A model generated the notes under the pieces. That model was not told the origin of the DNA, did no database searches, and worked only from the letters and a program-made list of their open reading frames with translations. A stretch of 64,000 bases of DNA from Rhodothermales bacterium (lineage in GTDB: Bacteria; Bacteroidota; Rhodothermia; Rhodothermales; BA12), in NCBI GenBank assembly GCA_963829705.1, contig CAWHJN010000001.1, forward strand, positions 23,844-87,843, in the 5' to 3' direction. Of the stretch, positions 55,768 through 64,000 are shown in pieces. A program made the translations under genes and the position numbers. The first letter of the stretch is position 1; each line of letters begins with the position of its first letter.

Positions 55768-57836
55768 GCCTCGTTTTCGTCCACGAACGGCGCGAGGAGT
55801 TCGGTGGCGGCCTCGGCGATGACGGTGCCCGGCCCGAAGATCGCCGTCACACCTGCGTTCTTGAGGGCGTCGTGGTCCTGCGGCGGCACCACGCCGCCGA
55901 CGACCACGCGGATGTCGCCGCGCCCGTAGCCGCGCAGCGCCGCGAGAAGGTGCGGCACGAGTGCGCGGTGGCCACCTGCCAGACTCGACACGCCGAGGAA
56001 ATGCACGTCGCTCTCGACGGCTTGCCGGGCGGCCTCCTCAGGGGTCTGGAAAAGCGGGCCGAGGTCCACGTCGAAGCCCACGTCGGCAAAGGCCGAGGCG
56101 ATGACTTTCGCGCCTCGGTCGTGACCGTCCTGCCCGAGCTTGACGACGAGCATGCGGGGGCGGCGGCCTTCGATTTCCTCGAACGCCTCGGCGAGTGCGC
56201 GGGCGTGCTGAAACGGCGTGTCGTGTTGCGCCTCCTGCACGTACACGCCGCTCGTGGCGCGGGGCGTGGGGCGGTAGCGCCCGAACACGTCTTCGAGCGC
56301 CTGCGACATCTCGCCGAGCGTCGCCCGCGCCCGCGCTGCCTCGACGCTCGCCGCCAGCAGGTTACCCGCGCCCCGTGCCGCCTCGCGCAGCGCGTCGAGC
56401 GTTTCTTCGACGGCCGCCTCGTCGCGTTCGGCGCGCACCTTCGCCAGCTTTTCGAGCTGTGCCGCCCGCACGGTTTCGTTGTCGATGGTCAGGAGGTCGA
56501 GGCCGTCGTCGCCGTCGTGTTTGTAGGCGTTGACGCCCACGATCACGTCGTGCCCGGTGTCGATGCGGGCCTGTTTGCGCGCCGCGGCCTCTTCGATGCG
56601 CGACTGCGGCACGCCCGCCTCAATGGCTTTCGTCATCCCCCCCAACTCCTCGATTTCGGCGAGGTGCGCGCGGGCTTTCCGGGCGAGGGCATCCGTCAGG
56701 CTTTCGAGCCTCTGGCTGCCGCCGAGGGGATCGACGAGGCGCGTCAGGCCCGACTCGGCCTGCAACAAGAGTTGCGTGTCGCGGGCGATGCGGGCCGAGT
56801 GGTCGGTGGGTAGCGCGAGGGCTTCGTCGAGCGCATTGGTATGCAGGGACTGCGTGCCGCCGACGACCCCCGCCATCGCCTCGATGCACGTGCGGACGAC
56901 GTTGTTGTAGGGATCCTGCGCCGTCAGGCTCCACCCCGACGTCTGGCAGTGCGCCCGCAGCATCGACGAACGCGGGTTTTGGGGATCGAACGAGTGCACG
57001 ATCTCCGCCCACAGCATCCGGGCGGCGCGCAGCTTGGCGGCTTCGGTGAAAAAATCCATCCCGAGTCCCCAGAAAAACGACAGGCGTGGCGCGAAAGCGT
57101 CGATGCCGAGCCCCGCCCGCACGCCTGTGCGGAGGTATTCGAGCCCGTCGGCGAGCGTGTAGGCGAGTTCGAGATCCGCCGTCGCCCCGGCCTCCTGCAT
57201 GTGGTAACCCGAGATCGAGATCGAGTTGAAGCGGGGCATGTGCCGGGCCGTGTAGCCGAAAATGTCGCCCACGATCCGCATCGACGCCTCGGGTGGGTAG
57301 ATGAAGGTGTTCCGCACCATGAACTCCTTCAAAATGTCGTTCTGGATCGTCCCGCTGAGTGTGCCGGGCGCGACGCCCTGCTCCTCGCCCGCGACGACGT
57401 AAAATGCCAGGATGGGCAGCACGGCCCCGTTCATCGTCATCGACACCGACATCTCCCCCAGCGGGATGCCGTCGAAGAGCACCTTCATGTCCTCGACGGT
57501 GTCGATGGCAACGCCCGCCATGCCCACGTCGCCCACGACGCGCGGGTGGTCGGAGTCGTAGCCGCGGTGCGTGGCGAGGTCGAAGGCAACCGACAGCCCT
57601 TTCTGCCCGGCGGCGAGGTTGCGGCGGTAGAAGGCGTTGGATTCCTCGGCGGTCGAGAAGCCCGCGTACTGCCGCACCGTCCACGGGCGCGTGGTGTACA
57701 TCGTCGCGTACGGGCCGCGCAGGTACGGCGCTTCGCCCGCGCCGAAGCCCAGGTGCGGTGCGTCGGCGTCGTAACGCAGTGGCGCGTCGAGGCCGTCGGG
57801 CGTGTACACAGGAGAGGCAGGAGCGTCGGAATGCAT
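55764..57836 (-). CDS. mutB: Methylmalonyl-CoA mutase large (alpha) subunit with a C-terminal B12-binding domain
   Basis: [59 protein letters not shown] and the B12 domain [25 protein letters not shown]. Confidence 0.95.
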   Translation of the reverse strand: MHSDAPASPVYTPDGLDAPLRYDADAPHLGFGAGEAPYLRGPYATMYTTRPWTVRQYAGFSTAEESNAFYRRNLAAGQKGLSVAFDLATHRGYDSDHPRVVGDVGMAGVAIDTVEDMKVLFDGIPLGEMSVSMTMNGAVLPILAFYVVAGEEQGVAPGTLSGTIQNDILKEFMVRNTFIYPPEASMRIVGDIFGYTARHMPRFNSISISGYHMQEAGATADLELAYTLADGLEYLRTGVRAGLGIDAFAPRLSFFWGLGMDFFTEAAKLRAARMLWAEIVHSFDPQNPRSSMLRAHCQTSGWSLTAQDPYNNVVRTCIEAMAGVVGGTQSLHTNALDEALALPTDHSARIARDTQLLLQAESGLTRLVDPLGGSQRLESLTDALARKARAHLAEIEELGGMTKAIEAGVPQSRIEEAAARKQARIDTGHDVIVGVNAYKHDGDDGLDLLTIDNETVRAAQLEKLAKVRAERDEAAVEETLDALREAARGAGNLLAASVEAARARATLGEMSQALEDVFGRYRPTPRATSGVYVQEAQHDTPFQHARALAEAFEEIEGRRPRMLVVKLGQDGHDRGAKVIASAFADVGFDVDLGPLFQTPEEAARQAVESDVHFLGVSSLAGGHRALVPHLLAALRGYGRGDIRVVVGGVVPPQDHDALKNAGVTAIFGPGTVIAEAATELLAPFVDENEA

Positions 57837-57839
57837 GGC

Positions 57840-59264
57840 TCAGTCGAGGAGGTGCAGCAGGGCGAGGGTGTCGCGGAGGTGGGGGTAGAGCGGCGCGCGG
57901 GCGTGGATGAAAAACGCGGCCCCGGCTTCGCGCAGCGCGCCTTCGGAGGCTGGTTTGCCCGCCACGCCGATGGGCACGCCGGGCGTTTTTTTGCCGAGCG
58001 CGGTGAGCACATCCGCCCCCGTGGCGTCGTAGTCCGCATCGGCAGCGCAGACGACGACGGCGGCAGCACCGGCGGGGATCGCGTCGATCTCGTGAACGTC
58101 CACCGTCGAAAGCCCGGCCGTACCAAAAAACTCGCGGCTGAACCCGGCGCGGGCTGACGCCTGCGCGCGGTCGCCGAACAGGTACAGGCACACGGGCGCG
58201 TTTTTGCGGGCGGCGGCGCGCAGCGTCTCGAAGGGCGTGGCGAGACGGCGCGGCGCGAGGCTCGTTCCGGCGGCTTCCGGCGCGATCTCCGGCACCACGT
58301 CGGCGGGATCGGGTGAGCGTGTGACGCCGACGATGCGCGCCTTGCCACTCAGTACCTGTGCCTGCCGCGCCCGGTGCTGCGCCGCGACGCGCTCCGCGAG
58401 ATCGGCATCGTGGCACGTGGAAAAGCCGCCCCCGCGTTCGATCTCGTCGTGGCGCGCGCGGGCCGCCTCCACGAACTGCTGCGTCAACACCTCGACGGCG
58501 TACGCGCCGCGCGCCGGGTCGAGGAGTGAGCCGAGGTGCGACTCGTCGCGCAGGAGAAGATGCGTCTGCCGCGCCAGCCTGCGTCCGTTCTCCGTCGTGC
58601 CGCTCAGGCTGTCGTGCGGGCGCACGCACAGCGCGTCCGCGCCGCCGACGAGGGCGGCAGAGGCCGCGAGTGTGTTGCGGAGCAGGTTGGTGTGTGGCGC
58701 GGCGGCGGTGTGGAAGTAGCGCAGCGTGAGGACGAGCAGATGCAGGTCGGCGTCCTCGAAAAGATGCCGCAGCGCCCGCAGAAATGCGATTTCTGCGATC
58801 CATTCCGGCCCCACGCCCGTCGTCACGCGCAGCGGCGTCGCGCTCGGCGCTGCGGCGCGCTGAGCCAGCAGCCACGCCAGCGTCTCCACGCGCGTCGCGC
58901 CCGCCTCGCGCAGCGTCAGCCCGTCGAGGCCGGTCGAGAGGTCGCCCCACGTGGGCGGTGCGAGCAGGTCGAGACCGGTGTGCGTAGGCGCGTCGCCGGT
59001 TTCGACGTACACCGCCTCGGCTCCGTCGAGCGAGGCCGCATCGTCCCAGCGAGAGAAAAACTGCACGACGGCAGCGGGACGAGCAGGTGCGGTCGGCACG
59101 TCGAGCGGCGTGCTGTCGTCCGGGAAGTAGATCGGTTCCAGCACGATGCCCGGCTCAACTTCCCAGCGCAGGCTTTCGACCGAGCGGTCGCCGAGTGTGC
59201 GGCGTGCCTCGGCGGTCCAGGCGTCGCGGGTTTGCGGGGTGAAAGGCGGCGTGCCAGCGAGCAT
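57840..59264 (-). CDS. mutA: Methylmalonyl-CoA mutase small (beta) subunit
   Basis: Mutase-fold similarity without the catalytic B12 His motif, positioned directly upstream of mutB. Start MLAGTPPF at 59264 overlaps the upstream stop (TGATG). Confidence 0.8.
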   Translation of the reverse strand: MLAGTPPFTPQTRDAWTAEARRTLGDRSVESLRWEVEPGIVLEPIYFPDDSTPLDVPTAPARPAAVVQFFSRWDDAASLDGAEAVYVETGDAPTHTGLDLLAPPTWGDLSTGLDGLTLREAGATRVETLAWLLAQRAAAPSATPLRVTTGVGPEWIAEIAFLRALRHLFEDADLHLLVLTLRYFHTAAAPHTNLLRNTLAASAALVGGADALCVRPHDSLSGTTENGRRLARQTHLLLRDESHLGSLLDPARGAYAVEVLTQQFVEAARARHDEIERGGGFSTCHDADLAERVAAQHRARQAQVLSGKARIVGVTRSPDPADVVPEIAPEAAGTSLAPRRLATPFETLRAAARKNAPVCLYLFGDRAQASARAGFSREFFGTAGLSTVDVHEIDAIPAGAAAVVVCAADADYDATGADVLTALGKKTPGVPIGVAGKPASEGALREAGAAFFIHARAPLYPHLRDTLALLHLLD

Positions 59265-59878
59265 CAAGGGGCGGGCGTTTGAGAGAGGCGGCGGTAGTGG
59301 CGCACGAGGTCGTAGAACATCACCCCGAAGGCGACGGAAACGTTGAGCGACTGCTTCGCCCCGAACTGCGGCAGCTCGAGCGCGAGGTCGGCCTGGGCCA
59401 TCAAAGTATCGTCCACGCCGGTGACTTCGTTCCCCACGATGCACGCGAGGGGGAAATGGCCGAGCGTGAGCGCGTCGAGCGGCGTGGGCGCGTCGGTGAT
59501 TTCGAGCGCGCCGATGGTGTAGCCTTCAGCGCGGAGCGCGGCGATGGCGGCGAGGGGATCGGCGTGGTGCGTCCACGGCACGGTGTCCTGCGCGCCCAGC
59601 GCCGTCTTGTGGATCGCGCGGTTATCGGGTGTGCCGGTGTAGCCGCAGAGGTAAAGGTGACCGAGCCGGAGCGCGTCGGCGGTGCGAAACATCGCGCCGA
59701 CGTTGTGGATCGAACGCACGTCGGCGAGCACGGCGGCGACGGGATGGCGGGGCAGCGCCGCCAGCGCCTCCGGCGTCGGTCGCGGGATCTCGTGGTGTCG
59801 TAGTTTGTGCAGCAAGAGGAGGTTTGACGTTTGAGGACGGAGGGTGGATCTGCAATCCGCTCCCGCGAGCCCGCTCAT
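59264..59878 (-). CDS. SpoU/TrmH-family RNA 2'-O-methyltransferase
   Basis: LADVRSIHNVGAMFRTADA...CIVGNEVTGVDD...LELPQFGAKQSLNVSVAFGVMFYD. The start is uncertain (59878, or a non-ATG codon nearer LLLLHKL). Confidence 0.8.
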   Translation of the reverse strand: MSGLAGADCRSTLRPQTSNLLLLHKLRHHEIPRPTPEALAALPRHPVAAVLADVRSIHNVGAMFRTADALRLGHLYLCGYTGTPDNRAIHKTALGAQDTVPWTHHADPLAAIAALRAEGYTIGALEITDAPTPLDALTLGHFPLACIVGNEVTGVDDTLMAQADLALELPQFGAKQSLNVSVAFGVMFYDLVRHYRRLSQTPAP

Positions 59879-59931
59879 TTCTTCCCGCCAATCTCCAACC
59901 TCTACCCTCCGTTTTCCAACCGCTCCCGCAC

Positions 59932-60527
59932 ATGCGCCGCGTTCTCCCACTCGTTTTCGCCGTTTTCGCCAGCAGCCTCGCCCTCCCGGCCTGCACGACG
60001 CTCCAGCAGGTGGCAGCGCTCAAAGATGTGAAGTTCGACCTCGACGGCGTCGCGCAGCCGTTCCTCGCGGGCGTGGATTTGCAGCGCGTGCGCGGCTACA
60101 ACGACCTCCGCCCGACGGACCTGCTGCGCCTCACCAACGCCATCTCCAGCCGCGAACTGCCGCTGACGTTCACGCTCCTCGTGGGCGCGGAAAACCCCGC
60201 CGACAACCCCGTTACGGCGCGCATGCTGCAACTCGACTGGACGCTCTTTCTCGAAGACCGCGAGACGATCTCGGGCGTGCTCAACCGCGAAATCGCCCTC
60301 CAGCCCGGCACCCCGCAGCAGATCCCCGTGGATATCACAGTCGATCTCATCGAGTTTTTCGGCACCAACGCGCAAGATCTCGTCGAACTCGCGCTGGCGG
60401 TTTCGGGGCAGGAGGGGGCGCACCCAAGAACATCCGGCTGCGCGCCACGCCGACGATCAACACGCCCATCGGGCCGATTCGCTATCCGCAGCCCATCACG
60501 ATCGTCAGCCGCACGGTGGGCCAGTGA
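59932..60527 (+). CDS. Lipoprotein, LEA_2/WHy-like (tentative); apparent -1 indel in a G5 run at 60413-60417
   Basis: Lipobox LALPAC, then LPLTFTLLVGAENPADNPVTARMLQLDWTLFLEDRETISG. After ...LALAVSGQEG the sensible C-terminus (GAPKNIRLRATPTINTPIGPIRYPQPITIVSRTVGQ*) is in the -1 frame, and its stop overlaps the cmk GTG (GTGA at 60524-60527). Confidence 0.55.
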
Positions 60528-61207
60528 ACGCGCATCCGGTGATCGTCGCCATCGACGGGCCAGCAGGCAGCGGCAAGAGCACGACGGCGCGCCGCGTGGC
60601 CGAGAAGCTGGGTTTTCTCTATCTCGACACGGGCGCGATGTACCGCGCCGTGGCGCTGGCGCTGCACCGCGTCCACGCCGATCCTGCTCACGCCACGGCG
60701 CTGCCCGAGGGTTTTTCGCTCCACCTCAGCCACGGCCCGGACGGCGAGATGCAGGTGTGGCTGGGCGACGAAAACGTGAGCCGCGCCATCCGTGCGCCCG
60801 AGATGGGGGGGCTTGCGAGCGTGGTGAGCGCGCTTCCGTGGGTACGCGACGCGATGGTGGCGCTGCAACGCGAGGTTGCCGGAAAGGCGCGGGCAGCGGG
60901 TCAGGGCGTCGTCCTCGACGGGCGCGACATCGGCACGGTGGTTTTTCCCGACGCTGAAGTCAAAATCTTCATGGTCGCCGACAGCCGCGAGCGGGCGCGC
61001 CGCCGCCACGCCGAACTCGTCGCGCGCGGCGCTGAATTGACGGTTGAGGAAGTCGAAGCCGACCTCGTGGCACGCGACACGCAGGACGCCACGCGCGCCG
61101 TCGCGCCGCTGCGCCCGGCCTCCGACGTGGTCCACCTCGACACCACCGCGCTCGCTCCTGAAGATCAGGTGGATTTCGTCGTCAGGCGGGTGCTGGAACG
61201 CCGGTAA
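60524..61207 (+). CDS. cmk: Cytidylate kinase
   Basis: VIVAIDGPAGSGKSTTARRVAEKLGFLYLDTGAMYRAVA and VVLDGRDIGTVVFPDAEVKIFMVA. Confidence 0.95.
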   Translation: MNAHPVIVAIDGPAGSGKSTTARRVAEKLGFLYLDTGAMYRAVALALHRVHADPAHATALPEGFSLHLSHGPDGEMQVWLGDENVSRAIRAPEMGGLASVVSALPWVRDAMVALQREVAGKARAAGQGVVLDGRDIGTVVFPDAEVKIFMVADSRERARRRHAELVARGAELTVEEVEADLVARDTQDATRAVAPLRPASDVVHLDTTALAPEDQVDFVVRRVLERR

Positions 61208-61398
61208 GGGTCTTTCGTAGGCTATTTTTCGCCCTTGACTCTCGCCGTGCGTCCGTGGCCCAGGGCTGCTTCCCCGACGCGCGGCGGTTTTGTCTACACA
61301 CCAAACCGGCCGGTGGGCTCGCGGGGAACGCGCCGCACCTGGCAGACAATGGCAACCACGGCACCTCGCGTGCCCAGGCGTTGCCGGGAGCACTGTAC

Positions 61399-63948
61399 AT
61401 GGCTGAAGATCAGCAGAAACCGGAAACCCCGGACACCCCGACCTCCGATACGGTCGAAGAAGTCGCGCAGGACGTGCAGCAGGAAGAAGGGGCGGTTGCC
61501 TCTACCGAGCCCGAAGTGGCGCTCACCGAGCCCATCAGCGGCGACGGAGCCGACACCGCCACGGCACCTGCCGACGAAGAAACCTCTGCCGAAGCAGAAG
61601 AAGACAAGCCCTCGTTCGTCGAGCGCGCCGTCGATGCCGTCGAGCACGCACTCGGTCTGGACGACGACGAAGCCCCCGATTCGAGCGAGGCCGAGGAAGC
61701 GACCACCGACGCGGCAGGCACCGCAGATGCGGAAGACGACGAGCGTTCGTTCGTCGAGCGCGCCGTCGATGCGTTCCAGGATGCTGTTGGTAGCGTGGCT
61801 GAAACCGTCAGCGCCGTCCGCCACGCCATCACCGGCGAGGAAGACGTTCCTACTTCTAGCATCGGCTCGGTCGAGGCGCTGCGAAAAGGCCGCACGAAGA
61901 TCGGCTACACCGGCGAGATCATCGGCGACGTGGTCAAGCTCGAAGACATCGAGCGCGAATCGTCGAGCGAAGTCGAGCGCACGCACGCCGAACTCCGCCG
62001 CATGGTCGAGGCGACGATGCGCGAGATTCCCGAGCAGGACATCGTCCAGGGCCGCGTCGTCACCATCGGCGACAAGGACGTCGTCATCGACATCGGCTTT
62101 AAGAGCGACGGCGTCGTGGCCAAGAACGAGTTCGACCGCGAACTCGTCGCCGGCGACACCGTCGAGGTCTTCATCGAGCGCCGCGAAAACTACCAGGGCC
62201 AGCTCGTCCTGTCGAAGACCAAGGCCAACACCGTCCAGCGCTGGCGGCGCGTCGAGAACGCGTTCGAGAACGAAGAAGTCCTCGAAGGCACCATCATCCG
62301 CCGCATCAAGGGTGGCATGATCGTCGAGCTGTTCGACAACATGGAGGCCTTCCTGCCCGGCTCGCAGATCGACGTCCGCCCCGTGCGCGACTTCGACGCG
62401 TACCTCGAGCGGCGCATGGAATTCAAGATCGTCAAGCTCAACCCGGCCAACGAGAACATCGTCGTCTCGCACAAGGCCCTCATCGAGCGCGACCTTCAGG
62501 AGCAGCGCGAGAGCATCCTCGAGACGATGGAAGCCGGCCAGATTCTGGAAGGCGTCGTCAAGAACATCACCGACTTCGGTGCCTTTATCGACCTCGGCGG
62601 CGTGGACGGATTGCTCCACATCACCGACCTGTCGTGGGGCCGCGTCTCGCACCCGAGCGAAGTGGTCACCATCGAGGACAAGATCAACATCGTCGTCCTC
62701 GACTACGACAAGGAGCGCCAGCGCATCTCGCTGGGCCTCAAGCAGCTTCAGCCGCACCCGTGGGACGACATCCACGAGCAGTTTGCCGAGGGGCAGACGG
62801 TCGAGGGCAAGGTCGTTTCGATCACCGACTACGGCGCGTTCGTCGAGCTGGAGCGGGGCATCGAAGGGCTCGTCCACATCTCCGAGATGTCGTGGACGGA
62901 GCACGTCAAGCACCCGAGCCAGGTCGTGGCGCTCGGCCAGATGGTCGAGGTCAAGATTCTCAACATCGACAACGACTCCAAGAAGATCTCGCTGGGCATG
63001 AAGCAGCTCCAGCCGGATCCGTGGGAAGGCATCGCGGCGCGCTACCCGGCGGGCACGGTGCTCTCCGGCAAGGTGCGCAACATCACCGCGTTCGGCGTTT
63101 TCGTCGAGATCGAGAGCGGCATCGACGGGCTCGTCCACATCAGCGACCTGTCGTGGACGAAGAAAGTCCGCCACCCGGGTGAAGTGGTCAAGAAAGGCCA
63201 GGAACTCGACGTGGTGGTGCTCGGCATCGACGAGAAGAACCGCCGCATCTCGCTGGGTCACAAGCAGGTGGAGACGAACCCGTGGAACACGTTTGCGAAC
63301 GTGTACACCGAGGGTTCCGACCACGATGCGACCGTCCAGCGGGTGCTCGAGGCAGGCGTCGTGGTCGATCTTCCGCTCGACGTCGAGGGCTTCATCCCGG
63401 CGGGCGAGTTGAAGAAGACGGGCCACCCGGCGGATTACTACCGCGAGGGCCAGACGCTCGAAGGTCTGCGCGTGATTCGCTTCGACTCGCAGGGCAAGGA
63501 GATCATCCTGTCCGAGACGGCCGCCGAGCGTGAAGGCGAGCGGACCGCGCAGCAGCAGGAGCGGCAGCAGGAGCGCGACGAGCGCTCGCGTGCCCGCCGC
63601 GAAGTGCGCGACTACGTCGAAACGTCCAACACTGGCCCGGCGACGCTGGGCGAGTTGAGTGGCCTGGCAGCCCTCAAGGCCGAGATGGAGAAAGCCGAAG
63701 CCGCACAGGCCAAAGCCGATGCCGAAGCGGAGACCGAGAACGTCGACGCCGTGGCCGATGAGGCCGTGGCCGAGAAGCCGATCTCCGCGCTTGAAGGCGG
63801 CGAGTCGGTCAGGAGCATCGAAGAGACCACCGAACCCGCGGACGACGCCGAGATGGCCGTCACCACGGGAGACGTGATCGAGATGGCGGAGGAGGAGATC
63901 GACGACGAGGACGACTCGGACGACGATGAAGACGACGAAAATGCGTAA
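61399..63948 (+). CDS. rpsA: 30S ribosomal protein S1 with long acidic N- and C-terminal extensions
   Basis: Six S1/OB repeats beginning at about QGRVVTIGDKDVVIDIGFKSDGVV. Start taken at MAEDQQKPE (61399) within ORF 61255..63948. About 190 acidic residues precede the first S1 domain, and there is an acidic tail ...IDDEDDSDDDEDDENA. Confidence 0.9.
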   Translation: MAEDQQKPETPDTPTSDTVEEVAQDVQQEEGAVASTEPEVALTEPISGDGADTATAPADEETSAEAEEDKPSFVERAVDAVEHALGLDDDEAPDSSEAEEATTDAAGTADAEDDERSFVERAVDAFQDAVGSVAETVSAVRHAITGEEDVPTSSIGSVEALRKGRTKIGYTGEIIGDVVKLEDIERESSSEVERTHAELRRMVEATMREIPEQDIVQGRVVTIGDKDVVIDIGFKSDGVVAKNEFDRELVAGDTVEVFIERRENYQGQLVLSKTKANTVQRWRRVENAFENEEVLEGTIIRRIKGGMIVELFDNMEAFLPGSQIDVRPVRDFDAYLERRMEFKIVKLNPANENIVVSHKALIERDLQEQRESILETMEAGQILEGVVKNITDFGAFIDLGGVDGLLHITDLSWGRVSHPSEVVTIEDKINIVVLDYDKERQRISLGLKQLQPHPWDDIHEQFAEGQTVEGKVVSITDYGAFVELERGIEGLVHISEMSWTEHVKHPSQVVALGQMVEVKILNIDNDSKKISLGMKQLQPDPWEGIAARYPAGTVLSGKVRNITAFGVFVEIESGIDGLVHISDLSWTKKVRHPGEVVKKGQELDVVVLGIDEKNRRISLGHKQVETNPWNTFANVYTEGSDHDATVQRVLEAGVVVDLPLDVEGFIPAGELKKTGHPADYYREGQTLEGLRVIRFDSQGKEIILSETAAEREGERTAQQQERQQERDERSRARREVRDYVETSNTGPATLGELSGLAALKAEMEKAEAAQAKADAEAETENVDAVADEAVAEKPISALEGGESVRSIEETTEPADDAEMAVTTGDVIEMAEEEIDDEDDSDDDEDDENA
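61612..61772 (+). repeat. Perfect 26-nt direct repeat (TCGTTCGTCGAGCGCGCCGTCGATGC) spaced 135 nt apart inside the rpsA 5' extension
   Basis: Copies at 61612-61637 and 61747-61772, each encoding SFVERAVDA. The spacing is exactly 45 codons. Confidence 0.85.
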
Positions 63949-64000
63949 GCGCAGCGTCGTGTAGCTTGGAGGGCGGCTCTCGCAGGAGGGTCGCCCTTCT

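Noticed and set aside
56620-58950. 776-aa minus-strand ORF spanning mutA/mutB in another frame
   Set aside because: It is a same-strand alternative frame of two well-supported mutase subunit genes, with Arg/Pro/Gly-rich low complexity.
61294-63426. 710-aa minus-strand ORF
   Set aside because: It is antisense to rpsA, whose six S1 domains are unambiguous.

Overview
High-GC (visibly about 65%) chromosomal window from a Bacteroidota/Rhodothermota-like bacterium. The lineage guess is an inference from two T9SS C-terminal sorting domains, an rpsF-rpsR-rplI cluster without ssb, a holB-PSP1 pair, tandem SurA-like PPIases and FtsX/MacB-type permeases. Most of the window is ordinary core genome: an ABC transporter with a LytS/LytTR two-component pair, a BNR/Asp-box protein, dsbD, ribosomal proteins S6/S18/L9/S1, tRNA-Met and tRNA-Lys, holB, ggt, purF, an NSS transporter, a GH13 pullulanase, MoxR, an ECF sigma/anti-sigma pair, gltX, a trmH-mutA-mutB-meaB methylmalonyl-CoA mutase operon and cmk. 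The one clearly accessory stretch is about 5.6-15.4 kb. It is a compositionally mosaic, decaying island holding a low-GC FtsX permease pseudogene, an apparently intact IS3-family element (A7 slippery site, imperfect terminal inverted repeats, 3-bp CAT duplication), a CDF transporter, an S41 peptidase remnant, a beta-lactamase-fold hydrolase and a frameshifted Fic gene. It ends at an orphan 3' fragment of a tRNA-Thr(CGU)-like gene followed by a terminator, which looks like an att-site relic. I found no CRISPR array, no recognisable defence or toxin cluster beyond Fic, and no convincing new multi-gene system. The best leads are the island and its tRNA relic, structured noncoding DNA at 5.1-5.7 kb, a terminator-like hairpin in the rpsF leader, a membrane-anchored wHTH regulator module, an S1 protein with a duplicated acidic extension, and about eight single-nucleotide frame disruptions in otherwise conserved genes. 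Those disruptions may be assembly indels rather than biology. All calls rest on reading the ORF translations and sequence by eye; no searches were run.
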